64,000 nucleotides of DNA from Selaginella moellendorffii (taxonomy: Eukaryota; Plantae; Lycopodiophyta): positions 1,327,431 through 1,391,430 of the forward strand of contig NW_003314271.1 of NCBI RefSeq assembly GCF_000143415.4. The letters are read 5' to 3'. Of the stretch, positions 46,930 to 61,429 are shown piece after piece. Every line of letters starts with the position of its first letter. Position 1 is the stretch's first letter. Under the pieces are notes generated by a model. That model was given only the letters and a program-made list of their open reading frames with translations. It did no database searches and was not told the DNA's origin. Position numbers and translations under genes: made by a program.

Positions 46930-48243
46930 CTACGACATTTGCTTTATGACTGCGTTGGAAACAAAGATGTAAACCAGTACTATGACCGCCACTATGATCA
47001 TAAGAAGATGTTTATCTCTGACTTTCACAACTGCTCTCATACAACGCCTGCAAAACAAAACAAAAAACTTTTTCTTTTCTTAAAAAAAAAAAAAAAACTT
47101 ACTCCAGAGGAAACTTAAGCACAGTGACGTTGTCTAGATTTTCTTTTGCAGCCTGAAACTGTAAACACGAAAAGTAAGTGAATGGCTATGGAAAAACAAA
47201 CATTCTTACCTCGAGCATTACACCATCCAAACGTAAGAGTACGTTTGGCATCTCCTCATGGTAGTTTTCAAGCAAAACCATTCTCATGTACTCAAGATAT
47301 GAAAGCAAGATTTTGCGCCTAGCCACTAGCTCTCTGACCTTTCCAACCAAACGCACTTGCGAGAATCCTTTCTCACCTTGAGGGACTCTGGGGAAGACCT
47401 TCTGGAATGGTACCTGGGACTGAGTCTCTTCACTGGAGGAGCTGATGTTGAGACTGGGTCTCTTGCTCATCCAGCCTTCGATCATGCGCTCAACGCCATC
47501 TCCAAACACCTCGATCGTGCTAAGCGTGCAGTAAAAGTTCGTCCCATAGTGTGACAAGTATCTCAGCTTGAGATACCTCGCCCACACCGGTACTGACAGC
47601 GTAAACCTCGGCGGAATCCTCACATCCTTCGCCTCGAACCTCCCCAAGAGTTTCCACTCCTCGGTTGGGTGCTCCAGACTTCCCAGGAGCTCCAGTTCCC
47701 TTGGATTGGACGAGAGGAGCTCGTAGTTGGCGATGGCGATGGTGACCACCAGAGTCTCCTCGGAGAGCTCCACAACCACGAACTTTTCTTCGGCACTGCA
47801 TGGGCTGCGGAAGTGCTTATCCTTGTCCTTGTTGAGAACGTAGTCACCCTCGGCTTCCTTGTTCGCTCCTATAACTTTGGCGCCCAGCGAGGCTGCGGCA
47901 TAGTTTTCCTCCACGAGGATGTCCGAGGTTTCACTCGCCACTGTGCCAAGATCCTCAGGCTGGAAAGTTTCGCAACTCAATGACTTAACAATAAGAAAAC
48001 ATGAGCGCAGAAGCCTACCTCGGCGCAAGATCCGGCAAAATCAGCCCTGCATCCGCGGAAATCTCCGACCTGCATTTCATCGCGCTCCTCCCCAGCCTGG
48101 AGCTCATCGGAGAGCTGCGCTTCGAAAATCTGCGCTTCATTGGTCTCCGGATCCCCGTAATGGAGCTCAATCCCGATCCCGGATCCCGACACGAACCAGA
48201 AGAGTAAGATCAGAACCACCGGAAGACGAAGATCGCCCGCCAT
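46930..48243 (-). CDS. Mid-SUN-domain (Sad1/UNC-like, SUN3-5/Slp1-type) membrane protein, paralog 1, multi-exon
   Basis: N-terminal hydrophobic segment; [67 protein letters not shown]; C-terminal TM exon. Confidence 0.85.
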
Positions 48244-48542
48244 ACCTCCTGAAGAACAAGAAACCCTACAATGCCGAGGGCTTTTAGATTGGAGGGAAAA
48301 AGACACGAACCCTAAATTTTGAAAACCACTTAAGTGGCATATTCCAGTATCAAAATATGACGCACGCCTTTCTTCGTTTCTGGATCAATCGCAATGGACG
48401 CATTCAACTTGGCTCTTTCCTTGGCATGTTTTCGTCTCGTTATACATCCATCATCGTCCTGCGCATCTCAAGCTCCAGTTCCACTGCAAGAATTGCGTGA
48501 AGCGAGTCAAGAAATCGGTGGCATTTTGGATCGCGCAATGTT

Positions 48543-48926
48543 GTGCGACATCTCGTTCGTGTCGAAGAGGCTGGCCTGGATCGCCCATACAGAATGTCGG
48601 GGGCACGAAACGGCTCTTTGATCTGGAATGTTCTTCTCACGGCATTGGCCCAGAGCGGGCATTTTGACGATGCGAAGCGTGTCCTTGCTTCCATGCCCGA
48701 GTGGGATCTCATCTTCTACACGGCAATGCTGGTGGCGTTCTCGCAGAACGAAGACCTCGAAAACGCGCGGAAGCTCTTTGATGCGATGCCGGAGAGGAAT
48801 CTCGTCAGCTGGAACTCGATTCTCTCGGCTTTCTCGCAGAACGGGCATTTGCGGGAAGATTCCAAGTATCTCTTCAATTCGTACGGAAACGCCATGTACG
48901 AACAGCTAGAGAATATTCGCAATTGA
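48543..48926 (+). pseudogene. PPR (PLS-class) gene fragment
   Basis: WNVLLTALAQSGHFDDAKRVLASMPE, ARKLFDAMPERNLVSWNSILSAFSQNGH. Confidence 0.85.
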
Positions 48927-49099
48927 AATCTGGCGGGGAATGGTTTCCAGGGTCGAATCCTGCCAGGGGTGCGGTGGCGATGGACAAGGCACCGATGCCT
49001 CTCCTCTAAGGTATTTCAGGGATGTGTTCTTCCTCTGGCGCGGGCTAGGGTTTATAGAAACGCCGATCTAGGTTCTTTCGTCGATCGATCGCCGGCGGT

Positions 49100-50733
49100 A
49101 TGGTGAGCGATCTACGTCTTGTGGTGCTCGTGCTCTTGATCGTGTCGGGACTGGGGATCGGGATGGAACTCCATTCCAAGCTTCCGGAGGTCGATGAAGC
49201 TTCAATCCCGGGGATTTTGCAGGCGCATCACCCGATTCTCGAGCTGGAAGAGCAGCGCCTCGATATTTCGTCCCGTGACAGGGCAAGTTCTCCACTTCTA
49301 TCTCGCTTCTTCTTCCATCTTGTTTCTGACGAGAATTCCAGAATTCTAGCAACGGTGAAGAAGAAGTCAGTGCCTCCGAAGAACGAAGTGTTCCTCTCGC
49401 TAGTCCAGACGAGCATATGCAAATGCCGAGGATTGAGTTCCCGGGAAGCGAGAATCAGAGGCTATTCGAAGCAATCTCTCCAGTTGAGGTCCTTCCATCT
49501 TGTTTTTCTGAGCTGACGAAAATTTCCAGAATTCTGGCAACGGTCAAGAAGCGAGTGAAGAAGTCAGTGCCTCCACACAGCTAGCGGAAGAACGAAGTGT
49601 TCCTCTCGCCAAACGAAGTGTTCCTCTTGCTAGCGCTACTCGAGACGAGCATATGAGGACTGAGTTCCTGGCAAGCGAGAATCAAGACGACGAGAACAGG
49701 CACAAGCTCAATCGCAAACAACATCACAACTATGCCGCAGCCTCACTCGGTGCAAAAGTTCTGGGCGTAAACAAGGAAGGCAAGGGTGGTGGCAACATTC
49801 TCATCAAGGACAACGACAAGTACTTTCGAAACCCATGCGGCGCCAAGGACAAGTTCGTGATTGTGGAGCTGGCTGAAGAAATTCTGGTGGAAACATTTGT
49901 CATCGCCAACTACGAGCTCTACTCGTCCAATCCAAGGGAGCTGGAGCTTCTCGGAAGCCTGAGTTATCCTTCGTCAGGGTGGAAACTCTTGGGGAAGTTC
50001 GAGGCGAAGAACGTCAGGCAGCCTCAGAGGTTTATTCTAGCGAAGCAGGAGTGGGCGAGGTACCTCAAGCTCAGGATGTTGTCACATTATGGGACGGAGT
50101 TCTATTGCACGCTTAGCTCCGTGGAGGTGTTTGGAGTCGCAATCGGGCGCATGCTTGAAGACTTGATTGGCAGTTCGCCAGGGGATTCCAGCAGTGTTTC
50201 CACCACGTCGGTCAACAAGTTCCTCATCGAACAGCTGAAGCAACTAGAAAGCGAGCAGAAAACTTTCGAAGAGTACGTGGAGGTTTCGAACTCCCAGAAC
50301 ACTGCTGCTGTCAATGACTACCAAGAGGAGCTCACCAACGTGATGGAGCAGCTTAAGAGTCTTAACGACTCTGTGCAAGAGCAAGTAAGAAAGCCTTTTC
50401 TTATGTTTTCTTCTCTCATTACTTCATCTTTGCAGCACCGTCTTGTGAAGGAGATGTATTCCGAATCCATGGAGGGACTGAGGTTTACTTTTCTCTCAAG
50501 CCTAGTGCATTTCTCATGTTTGCTTACTTTTCTTTTGCAGTCTATGTAGGAAGGAAGTAGATCGCATAGCAAATGGACAGGTGCACTCGCTCATGTTGAC
50601 GTTGGTGGCGATGCTTGTGGTTGTATCCAAGCTACGAATCCTCGTCCGCCTTGCGCTCACAGGGTTTTTGGTAATCCTAGTACTGATGTAAAGATTTTCG
50701 AGACTGCTAGCAATTGTTTTTTGTACGCTATAA
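49100..50733 (+). CDS. Mid-SUN-domain protein, paralog 2 (internal exon duplication at ~49310-49680; may be disrupted)
   Basis: [12 protein letters not shown]...[11 protein letters not shown]...[28 protein letters not shown], coiled coil, TM exon ending at TAA 50731-50733. Confidence 0.82.
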
Positions 50734-51674
50734 TCCAACTGCACCGTCACAACCTCTGGAAATTAATATTCATTCGGAAGACGGGACCATTTCACAGCCC
50801 AACGTGAAAAAAATTGTGTTGGAGGCACAAACACAATCTTGAATACGTCAGTGATGAGCGTGTGGGTGAAAGCACCAGAAGAAATGTCTTATGCGATAGT
50901 CTTCCATGCCAAGGAAAGACTTTTCCTGGCATTTTGACTTGCATCAGCACCTACAAAAAAACAATCCAGCCCCGAAGCTACATCAGAACTAGACCATCTT
51001 CAGCTTCCTTTTATGAGGTAAGTGGCAATGCCAATGCCCTAGCCATGCACTCTAGACAAGATCCTAGAAAAAGACCAGCTAGTTAAGAACCTGTGCATCC
51101 TTCATGCTTGGCAGTCTTTGGTGATGAAAACCTGTCCTCACTCCAAATATCGCAGCCATGGACACCACGTCTGATCTAACTTCAACCGAGTCCTCTCACG
51201 CTTTTGAGACGCTGGTGCATCCACAGCACATGCCATGGATTTTCACATCTATCAAACTTGGACATGCAGTGCATTGGTTGTCGCACTTCTAGAACTCGTT
51301 CAGTCAGTGCTGACTGCTTGCTGCTCCAGAAAGCTTTGCCTTGCTTGCCACTGCAGTGGTATAAATGTTGTTTCCTGTTTCATTCAGTTCATGAAAACCA
51401 ATCAAGATAAACATTTATCACATATTGCAAAGAAGATAAGGACATCAAGAAATTATACAAGACACTCCTCAATCTGCTTCCCAAAAAGAAAAAAATTCAT
51501 TTTGGCCACATATTCCACCTTTAACAGTTTTTTTCCACTTGTATATATTTAGAATATTCTATTAACAAGGTTTAGTACATGTATTTATACAGTGAAAGGG
51601 TCGACACTAATTACATAATCAGTGTTAGTCTACATAACAGATAGGGAATATGTTTCGGATGGATAGTGCTTGGA

Positions 51675-51980
51675 TTATAGTGTACAAAAAACAATTGCTA
51701 ACAATCTCAACATCAGTACTAGGATTACCAAAAACCCTATGAGTGCAAGGTAGATGAGGATTCGTAGCTTGGATACAACCACTCTATGGATTCGGAATGC
51801 ATTTCCTTCACAAGATGGTGTAGTGATAAAACAAAGGCTCTCAACAAAGCATTGCATGTTAACATGAGCAAATGCATTTGTCCATTTGCTATGTGATCTA
51901 CTTCCTTCCTATATAAACTGCAAAAGAAAAGTAAGTAAACATGGAAAATGACTAGGCTTGAGAGAAAAGTAGACTTTAGT
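51675..51980 (-). pseudogene. Inverted duplicate of the 3' end of SUN paralog 2
   Basis: [23 protein letters not shown]...LLAIVFCTL matches 50620-50733; the upstream intron is also shared. Confidence 0.8.
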
Positions 51981-53497
51981 CCTTACACTCATAATTGGGA
52001 ACATGCACTCAAATTAAAACTCTAGCTAAAGTTAAACCAAAGTGGTAGATAAAGAAGAAACATTAGGAACATGAGAAGGTGGTTTAAGCTATAAAAAAAA
52101 AAAAAAAGTTGGGAAAAAGTAGAAAATAAAGGATTAAATGATAGATTGAAAAATTAACACCTACCCCATGAAATCTCTATTTTGTGTCCAAAGTTATCTC
52201 CATAATAATCAAAATTGTCATTACAATCTAGAATCCATTAGAGATTGTATTTATCGTCTTTTAACAACTTCTACTAAACTAAGGGGAATTAACACCTCTA
52301 TTTCCACACTAAATTTACCAATCATTCCATTATGTATAAATTAAGTATTCTATATGAGGCAATTAATCATCCACTTGAGCCAAGAGGAACATCACCCTTA
52401 CTGCAATCCCAACTATTGATAAATAACCCCTACTAAGCTAAGTATTGAATTTATCAATCCTTTTATTGTGTAGAATAATGTGCTCTAATACCATATATAG
52501 TGCACCCTATTTTTCTTTCTTTAAGCGAATTGGAAAAGGGGCAATTGCTTGATGAAAAAACTTTTAATAACTATTTTATCCTCATTTATCTCCTAAAGTT
52601 CCAAAGATTTATGGTGATAGTATATTTAAATTTCATCTCATAATCACATGCACTACTTTACATTGGATTTTTTTTGCATCTAATGGATTGCCCATTGCCT
52701 CAACTCCACACTATAATAAAAAAATTTCAATCTATTATGCTACACTCTCTTTATTAAGAACTTAATATGGCTTAATTTAGAGGTGGTGTCTTAGAGTAAT
52801 ATAATACTTAACATCAAGTTCGTAAAAGTTGTTGGTTTTAAGGTTTATCTCAACATTTTCACTAGCAAAGGAAAAAAAACACTTTGAATAGATAATTTTT
52901 TTATCATTAGTAAAGTCTACTTTATATATCTACTACAACCACTTCCTCAACTATAGTTACCATCATTTAAAAGTGTGAAATCACTTTCTTTTTCATTTAT
53001 TTGCATAACATTTCAATAGAAGGCTTTGTTTCAACATGTCTTCCTTCTTTAAATGCTAAAGCTTTTGAAAAGTTCTTTATTACATATACTAAATCTTATA
53101 TGTATACTTCATAGAAACTCATTTTCCCCTTCCTTAGCTCAAAAGAACACTAACTCCATATAAATGATTAAATTTTCCATTGTACTTTAATCACATAACC
53201 ACACATTTGATTAGTACATTTATTTGTACTTTTATATGTCCACATTCTAACTTTGGATATTTATTAAAACCCCAAAGGTAGCATCAAAAGTATATTTGCA
53301 CTTTGGTCCAAGTGCTCCATATGCTCCAGTTTTGATGACCCTAAACCCTATGGTGGTTTATCATAGGATAACCATGGAGCAAAACCTTAACCCTTTATGT
53401 GCCATGCCATGTGTCCAAAGGCAATGAAGCAAAACCCAAGTTTCAGAGCCTTGAGCCACTGAATAAAAGGGCAAAGCCAAACTTCTAAGTATGCAAG

Positions 53498-54447
53498 CAG
53501 TTCCAAAAGTATAGTAGGGAGAGTGTGGGGGTTGAGCTCCAGTGGAATTAGTTTGGCCAAGAAAGGCTAGTGTGACCATAGAAGGCTATCCCTATTGGGC
53601 GATGATATATCCATTGAGGAGTCAAAAGCTAGAGTGAATACAGATAGACAAGCGAAGTAACATGGTGAAGTGTTCACAAGCTAGCTTTAGCTCCCTCAGA
53701 AGATCAAATGGTTAATGCTCCCAAAGTGTGGGTGGCATTACCTACTTGGATATCTAGTGTGGCTTATCATAATTTCACTCTAGCCACATGGCTAGCACCC
53801 AAAGGCAGAAGGTGAGGAGAATACCCATGAGGCTCGTATAGAGTTATAGTGTTCCGAAATGTTATCTTAAAGTCCTAGACTATAGAAAGGTAAAGGAGCA
53901 ATTCTCTAATGTAGAGACTAAGAATATGGTCATATGATGAGGAAGTCCCAAAAGTCAGTAAAACATAGTGGTCGGGCCTGTAGGCCTTGACCCATTGGCA
54001 GTGTTAGCAAACACGGCTATGGACGGAAAAGGACTTAGTGGGGACTAAAAAAAGGATATTGGGGAATGTTGTTTCCCATGTATACGGGCATCCTAAAGAT
54101 GTTAAGGAGTGGATTTGGGATGATCACTCATGGACAGATACTTTAATATTTGAGAAACAGGATTGTGATGTAAGTGGTGTTGGATCACCGGTATGACAAA
54201 GTTGAATAGGCATGGCTTTAGCGTAATATGCTAATATGTCAATAGTACCTTTGGATGTCAATCATGGGATTGAACATGTAAAGCACTTGGACCAAATGTA
54301 AAAGTTGAATGGCGTGGATGTCATTTTTAGAGCTAATAAGTCCCCAAGTTCAAAATAGAACTTATGGAAGTTATGAGTGAGACTCCTCCAAATGGTTGGA
54401 GGTGTGGTTAAGTGACTAAAATAAAATAAAAAATTTAATCACTTACA
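53498..54447 (+). repeat. Decayed 5'-truncated family-B LTR
   Basis: Collinear with 42263-43237 and ends TCACTTACA; small inverted fragments at ~53170-53340. Confidence 0.82.
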
Positions 54448-55573
54448 ACCGATAACTTAGTGTAAGGATATAGGTACTCCACTAACTAACATGGTATGGA
54501 ACTTAAGCTTAAATGTAAATTAGATGCAAAACAAAAACAAACACGCATTTGAAACCCCCTCACATCCCCCCTTTTGAAGAATGTATGCTTTGGGATTTCA
54601 CCTTAGTCCCAAGAGTTAGTCTCTAGGACAATCATAAAAACTTATTAAATATGGAATAGTGTTAGATTGTAAATTTGGACACAAGAATAACACTGTTGTG
54701 TTTAGGACAAATTTTACATTTTGTAAAAATGCCCAACTAGTATATTTAGACACTTTTCATAAATAACCAATAAGACTAGAGGGAAGTAACATATAAAGCA
54801 TGATCACAAGGGTGTTTAGTGGACATGATAAACTATTATATAGCAATATTAAAAGACTAGTCTTAATATGTAAGGGTTTTTGTCAAACTGATGCAAAACA
54901 AAGTAAAAGAGAATTAAAAGTCAAACTGAATATGCTCAATATGAAACATATAGGAGTCATCTGGCTAACTATAGATGCTAAGTTCAATTTAGTAACACTT
55001 GAACAAAAAGGGTTAAAAAAAGGACTAACAATATTGATCTCATGCCGTCATAATAGTAAGGAAAGAATATTTAAAAAGACTTGCCCACATGTAATTTTCA
55101 ATACTTATAGTCACATTCGCAACAACCTTTAACTCAACTGGGGCTTAAAGATTTATGTTTTACATTCCAATACTTAAAGAGGTTCATAGTTGGGGTGAGC
55201 ACAAGATCCTCAAGTAAAAGTGATTTGGTCAAATGGACCATTATGCTCAATTGGAATTTTAGCTCTTTGGAATTATGATGATTATTAATTTAATTTTTTA
55301 AAAAATAATTAAAAATACTTAGACACCACCATTATAAGATAAAGCATTCCTGAGGAGAATATGATCCCTCTAAAAAACCCTTGATCTAGGCCACATTTGT
55401 CTACTAATGATGGGAAAAGGAAAAGAAAGAAAGGAAGTGCCAATAAAGCAACAAAACGATCAAAACTCCATATATTACAGCTCTCCACCTTGGCCAATAT
55501 CTGCAAAGAACATGAGCAAATCACCAAAACAAAAGGAGAACTCAAATGACAGATGCTTGCTCCAGTCTAAACT

Positions 55574-56334
55574 TTAGTGATCATGCAAGCAAGCAGCATC
55601 ACCAATTACCTTCTGAATCTCTTCACCAAGCAACTCCTTGGCCGATTTACACGTACAAGTATCTCCAACGGGAGGCACTTTGGGCGATGGTGGCTGTTGT
55701 GGCTTGAATGGAGCACCAAAGACTTGGGGACGGGTGCGCTTTATCAACGGCTCATACACCATCATGGTGCCAAGCGTGCAGAGCGTCTCCTCCCGATGGT
55801 GTGACAATATCCTGAGCTTGAGATACCTCACTGAGTGATCTGACCTAGGGAGTATGAACACCTGGAAAGCCCCAATATCATCCTTCGCCTCAAGCCTCCC
55901 CAAGAGCTTCCATTCCTCAGCCGGATACTCCAGACTTCCTAGAATCTCCAGATCTCTTGGATGGGACGAATCGTCATTGTAGCTGGCAATGAGGATTGCA
56001 CCTACAAAAATCTCCTTCGAGAGCTCCACAACCACGAACTTGTCCTCGGCACTGCATGGGCTGCTATAGTACTGGTCCTTGTACCTGTTGAGAATGTTGC
56101 CACCACCCCGGGCCTCAATGTTTAAGCTCACGACTCTGGCTCCGTTTGCAGCCGCGGCATAGTTGTGTTCTTCGAACCGGACATATGGACCATCGTATTC
56201 ATACTCGGCAAGGCTAGTTCCCTGCACAATTTGCGTCAAGAGAAACAGAGAGCAATGGAAAGACGTACCGAAGTTAGGATACCCAGTTGAAACACAGAGC
56301 ATAAGAGCAAGATCTCGAAGAACAGAAGCGCCAT
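55574..56334 (-). CDS. SUN-domain protein, paralog 3 (signal peptide + SUN, no obvious C-terminal TM)
   Basis: MALLFFEILLLCSV exon; HNYAAAANGARV, SPCSAEDKFVVVELSKE, RYLKLRILSHH. Confidence 0.78.
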
Positions 56335-56559
56335 ACTAAGTCAAAGGATTTAGCCCTTTATAAACCCCGAATAGAAACCGTTGGATCGCTTTGAATCAAA
56401 GGGTAGCTATGAAAGTCGGTTATAAACACTAGTGTGTGCCACGTGGTCAGCCATTTGGATATGCCCAGACTGGGAATATGCCAGAGATGCTCACCTCGGA
56501 GAACTCGAGAAAACCACGTCTGGATTTGAATGCTGGAGAAAAATCTGAGCCCATCGTCG

Positions 56560-56790
56560 CTGTGTTCGTTCTCGACGCAGGCATCATGATGTTCCAGGAG
56601 AAGGTGTTGGGCTGTTTGATCTCGGCAAAGACTTGCTTGGAGAGATCCACACACCCACACTTCCCATACATTTGAACGATTTGGCATCGCGATCGCGGGT
56701 TCTAACGCTGCTGCTAGGGATCGATGGATCTCTTTTCCTTTCACGAGATATCTGGTGGCACAGCACTCCTGCAGAGCTTGGGAGTGGCGT
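56560..56790 (-). pseudogene. PPR gene fragment
   Basis: MYGKCGCVDLSKQVFAEIKQPNTFSWNIMM; GKEIH motif in another frame. Confidence 0.75.
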
Positions 56791-59700
56791 TCCAAAATCC
56801 GAGCGACCAATCTTTGGTTCATACAAGATAGGATATTTCACTACTGATTCTTATTTAAATAAGATCGGACCGTCCAATCTGTTTGAAGCTCTTCACCGTT
56901 CATGATCTGCGCCGTTCCATAAGGCGCAATAATGGCAGATGGAGCCCATATTCTGCGAGTGGCCGAGCGAGATTGGAGAACACGGTGATCGTCTCGTGAT
57001 CTTTCATCGCCTTTCTCATTGTGTTCTACTGCTATGTCGCGATCTAACTAAGTAGCATTCCAATCTTTATCTCGCAATCTCGATCACGACCAAGATTCAT
57101 TCATGACAGTAAAACTTCTCTATCAAAATGTTGTCAGCGCTCTCATGTACTTTGCATCTCAAGTTGGCGCCACTACATACAAAATCCTAGTAAGAAACAT
57201 TGTATATGTAATAATACAGTAGAAAAAAATTTCAATTACCTTTGTCAAACCATTAAAAATATATTTGGGACCATATACAAGAGCATCGTCCAGGATCTCA
57301 AGCATCTGGTGCTGGATGCATCTGGTCGAGACTGGGATCTGTGCGCTCATCAATCCCACAATCAGTTGGATTGGAAAAACGTCCAGCAATTGTGGAGTGG
57401 ATCATCTTGTTCAAGCTGCTGGCCGACCTTGCAGTGGAGTGGACCACCTTATTCAAGCTGCATTTGCCGACCTTGCAGTGGAGATCATGTTGTCATGCAA
57501 TCCACCAATAATTCAAAGAACACCCCCGCGCCTCCCCAGATTACAGTCTTTGCAGTTTGCTGAACTCCAATCTCTGAAGAAATCACTCCCAGAAGATAAG
57601 GTCCAGTGTACAAAATTCATTTAGTAACCAATGGAATAAAAAAGGAAGTGAAGAAGACTTCCAAGTCTATACATGCTTATTGCATTTGACTCCACGCTGA
57701 TATAAACACTCAACAGCAAAGCCTTGTTCTTCATCATGACCAAGGCAGTCCTGCTGGTGCTTCAGCAAGCTCTGTCGCCGTGAATGGGGCCACAAACCTC
57801 CAATGGCCTAAATGCTCGTGGCCGCCACCACATGTTACAATTGTTTCGTGGGACACAAGGACCCCCATGCTACAATGCTTAGCAACTCATGAAAATTCAT
57901 CATAGCGTTGGATTCACAAATGTGAGCTGAGAAAACTCCAGACATATGAGCGTTCTTCTTATCTCTTGTAAGTCCAGGCTAAGCAATGTTGCAACATGAG
58001 ATCGGAGTCAGTTGGTCGACACATCAAGAGGCCCTCTACAACCTGGAATATATCGGAGTCCCTCATGCAACAATTTTCAAGAAAATATATTTCAAAGATG
58101 TCTACCAAGGCTATTGAGGCTAAAATCTGAAGGCCAAGGGAGGTTGGGAAACTATATATACTAGTTCTTTTGATTGTTATAGTTTTGGTACATTGAAAAC
58201 TGGCACAACTAGATCACTGTCTAGATTTGGAATATAAAAAATTGCTATATTCCACTTTAAGAAGAATTGTGGAAGTAATTATAAACATCAATCCTTTTGT
58301 ATGGATCATCATGTCTAATTCAAGAATCTTCACTCAACACTAGACCTTGTAAACTCTGTTTTGTGGTCTATCGAGTGGAGGGATCAGCTCTCAATGATGA
58401 GAGAATTGAGAAACCACTTAGTATAATTTGGCTCCACTGTGGCTAAATGCTCTATTATTGTGTAAGATAATTTTTTATTTTCACATTGATCACAAATAAA
58501 ACAGCAAATCTCTCATGACTTCTAACTTGCAGCTAGGGCTTTATACTTCCAGAAGGAGGTGTTCTCATTAATATTGCCTCTGCTTGCAAGTTCTTGAGGT
58601 GGAGGTGAAGAGCTTAGACCACTTTTGAGCTCACATGTTGAAAAGTTGAGATCATGATTTGAGCTTAAATTTCAAATGTACTTTAATATAAACATTATAA
58701 ACATTTAAAAATTAAGGTTCAACCTTATATTTTAACATATTTTTGCATTATATATAAATAAAAATATTTTGATAGAGACTTCTTATTCAAGAATTTAAAT
58801 ATTTACTAATATAAAATAATATATAGGTTTTTTAGATATTTAAATAAAATAGAATTAGTTTGTAGAAAATCCACTTTAAATTTGTACAATTTTCTTTCTG
58901 GATTTTAAATATTAAAGATCTATCAGAATTTAAAAATTATTAAGTTTGAATTAAGATTCTTTTGCAAGGTCATGTATCTATGAGACATATATAAAAAATA
59001 TAGGCAATATTATGAAGATAACACTTGCAAGTATTTGAAATAAAAGTATATCATTCTAGTAATTATATAAAATATAAAAGTTTATATTTATTTTGTATAG
59101 TTGGCATTGGTGTTATAGCAAAACAATCTACACCATCTAAAAAATCTTATTTACTTTCGTTCCCCATGGAAATATGGGGTTAGAATAAAAGTAGATTTGT
59201 CACCGTGGATTCAAGTTTAACACTTGGCCCTCAGAAGCCCCACACATATTATATTGGATATTGCTAGCATTCAGTAGATTGCTTATTATCTCAACTCCAT
59301 ACTACAGTAAGTAATTTGAACTTATTGTGATGTGCTCTCTTTATTAGCCACTTGAGCCACTTCACTCTAGACATGGTGTTTTGGAGAAAAATAATATTTA
59401 ACATTTGGCATGTGAGGGTTTTTCACTCTAAGATCTGTGTTAACATCTTCACTAACAAAAGAAAAATAATGTTTTGAGTGGATAGTTTTCATATCACTAA
59501 TAGAAGCTCAAGGAGTGTAGCATTTATGGCTCCATAAATGTGTCATGGACCACCTCTTCCATTGTAATTGCCACTATTCTAGTGGGTGGAGTCACTTTCT
59601 TCTTTATTCAATTGTATAACATTTTAGTAATCTTACACCAGTTATGGATGTCCTTCTTGGTTTGTATCCTTTTCATTTTGAACTGACAAAAAGTGATAGT

Positions 59701-61429
59701 TCAAAGAAGATGTTGCTATTGTATGTGGATAGAAGTTTGCTCACGGGTTTATGCAAAAATAAGCCCATATCAATAGAGAGGTAGGAAACTAAAAATCATA
59801 GCAAACAACTTTAAATACCACAAAATCCCTCCCATTGGAGCCCAGCTTGCCAATCAAGAGCCCTAAAGCTATTGCCCGGCCTGCCACAATGATTGAATCT
59901 ATGGGTGGAGTTGGAGTTGGTAGATTTGTGGCTAATATTGGAGTGGCATCTCCATTAGAATTACAAATGATGACGATTAACTTTTGCTTCACATTTGCTT
60001 TGGTATAAGCATAACATAACACTTTGATCAGAGATCCAAAAACTCAAATATCTTTGAATTTAAAATGTTGTAAATCCTAATGCTGTCCACCTTCACCCAC
60101 ACTCAAACATTTAACTACACCAGTGTTGGTATGAATCATAGCCTCCAATGATACAAAGCCAAGACAAATATCAAAACGTTGGCAAAGAAAACTTTATGAA
60201 ACAAAACTAAGAGAATGAAAGCGGTGAGTGATCTTGGTAATGTAAAAGAAACCTCTCCATTTGGTTGTCTTTAGGTTTTAGAATCCTATGCTTTTATCAA
60301 GGTTTATCAAAAGCATAAAAAACTATGTTCTACAATCTTAAAAGTTTGTATACACTGAATTCAAAATCATACTCAAAGTTATTATATAGAGTAACTTTTG
60401 GCAAAACAAAAAGAAATATCACCTCAAGTATATGCCATTATGTGAAAGGTAGGAATGATTTTATTCTAGGATCTACTATCAATTAGTTACTGCAAAATAA
60501 ATTATAAAGTGGAATTGTCTTTTTAGTCTTAAATATTATACACATATTTAGTACATGATAAAAGCCAAAAATCATCATAATGTTTTATACTTATATCAAT
60601 ATATTCCATTTGTGTACTCCCATCTATCACCTATTGTCAATTATCTATCTACTTCTTGATAAAGAAGGGACCAAGCCACCTGAGGGAGAACTTCATAGGT
60701 GGAGTAAAATCTTGGAGCATCACAAGTTTTCCTACCAAAAAGAGCTTGCCTTGTTAGAACTAATCTTGCTGGCCTTTATACTTTCACTTTGTGGTGAGAA
60801 GATGCTTTGCCACTATGCCTCGCTACTCTGCCACTGGATATCACTGCTCATCAAGCTGGAGAGAAGATCCTATGCTCAAGCTTGTCTACTCCTCCTCAGT
60901 AAGCTGAAACTTTGTTGCATGTTGCAAAGTGAGCTAAAGAGAAGGTACTTGGAGCTCAACTGGAAGAACAGCCTCATCTTCCCCTTGATCAGCATTTGAA
61001 ATCTATATTAATTCAAATTAATGAGTATCATCCTTATCCATCTTCACATAGCAAATGTTAGACACACTTCATTCGTCATTTTTATCCCCTCTTTGAAGGA
61101 AAGAAAGCTCTAAAGCATTGATTTTATTTGTTTTTGTTGTATTTGTACTTATACAATTCATATTGTTCATCCTCACTTTAATACTATTATCATTTGTACT
61201 CACTCCATAATTCATGTCTTTTATACTTGCTTCAATATCATTAACTCAACTTTTTTCCATCATTTGTCCTCCCTTTTACCCCCTCATCTGAAAAAAAAAA
61301 AGTTTGAAGTCTATATGGAAAGAGGAAAAAGTAAGAAAAATGAGGAAAAAATAAAATGGAAAAAGAAAAAGTGGGTAAAGAAGCACTAAAAGAGAATTTT
61401 TAGCAATTGTTAAAGGTAAAATAAAAAGA

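Noticed and set aside
57159-61000. ORFs 57265-57624, 59789-60022 and 60580-60999 as genes
   Set aside because: No recognisable domain or supported exon structure; they lie in decayed repeat-like DNA.
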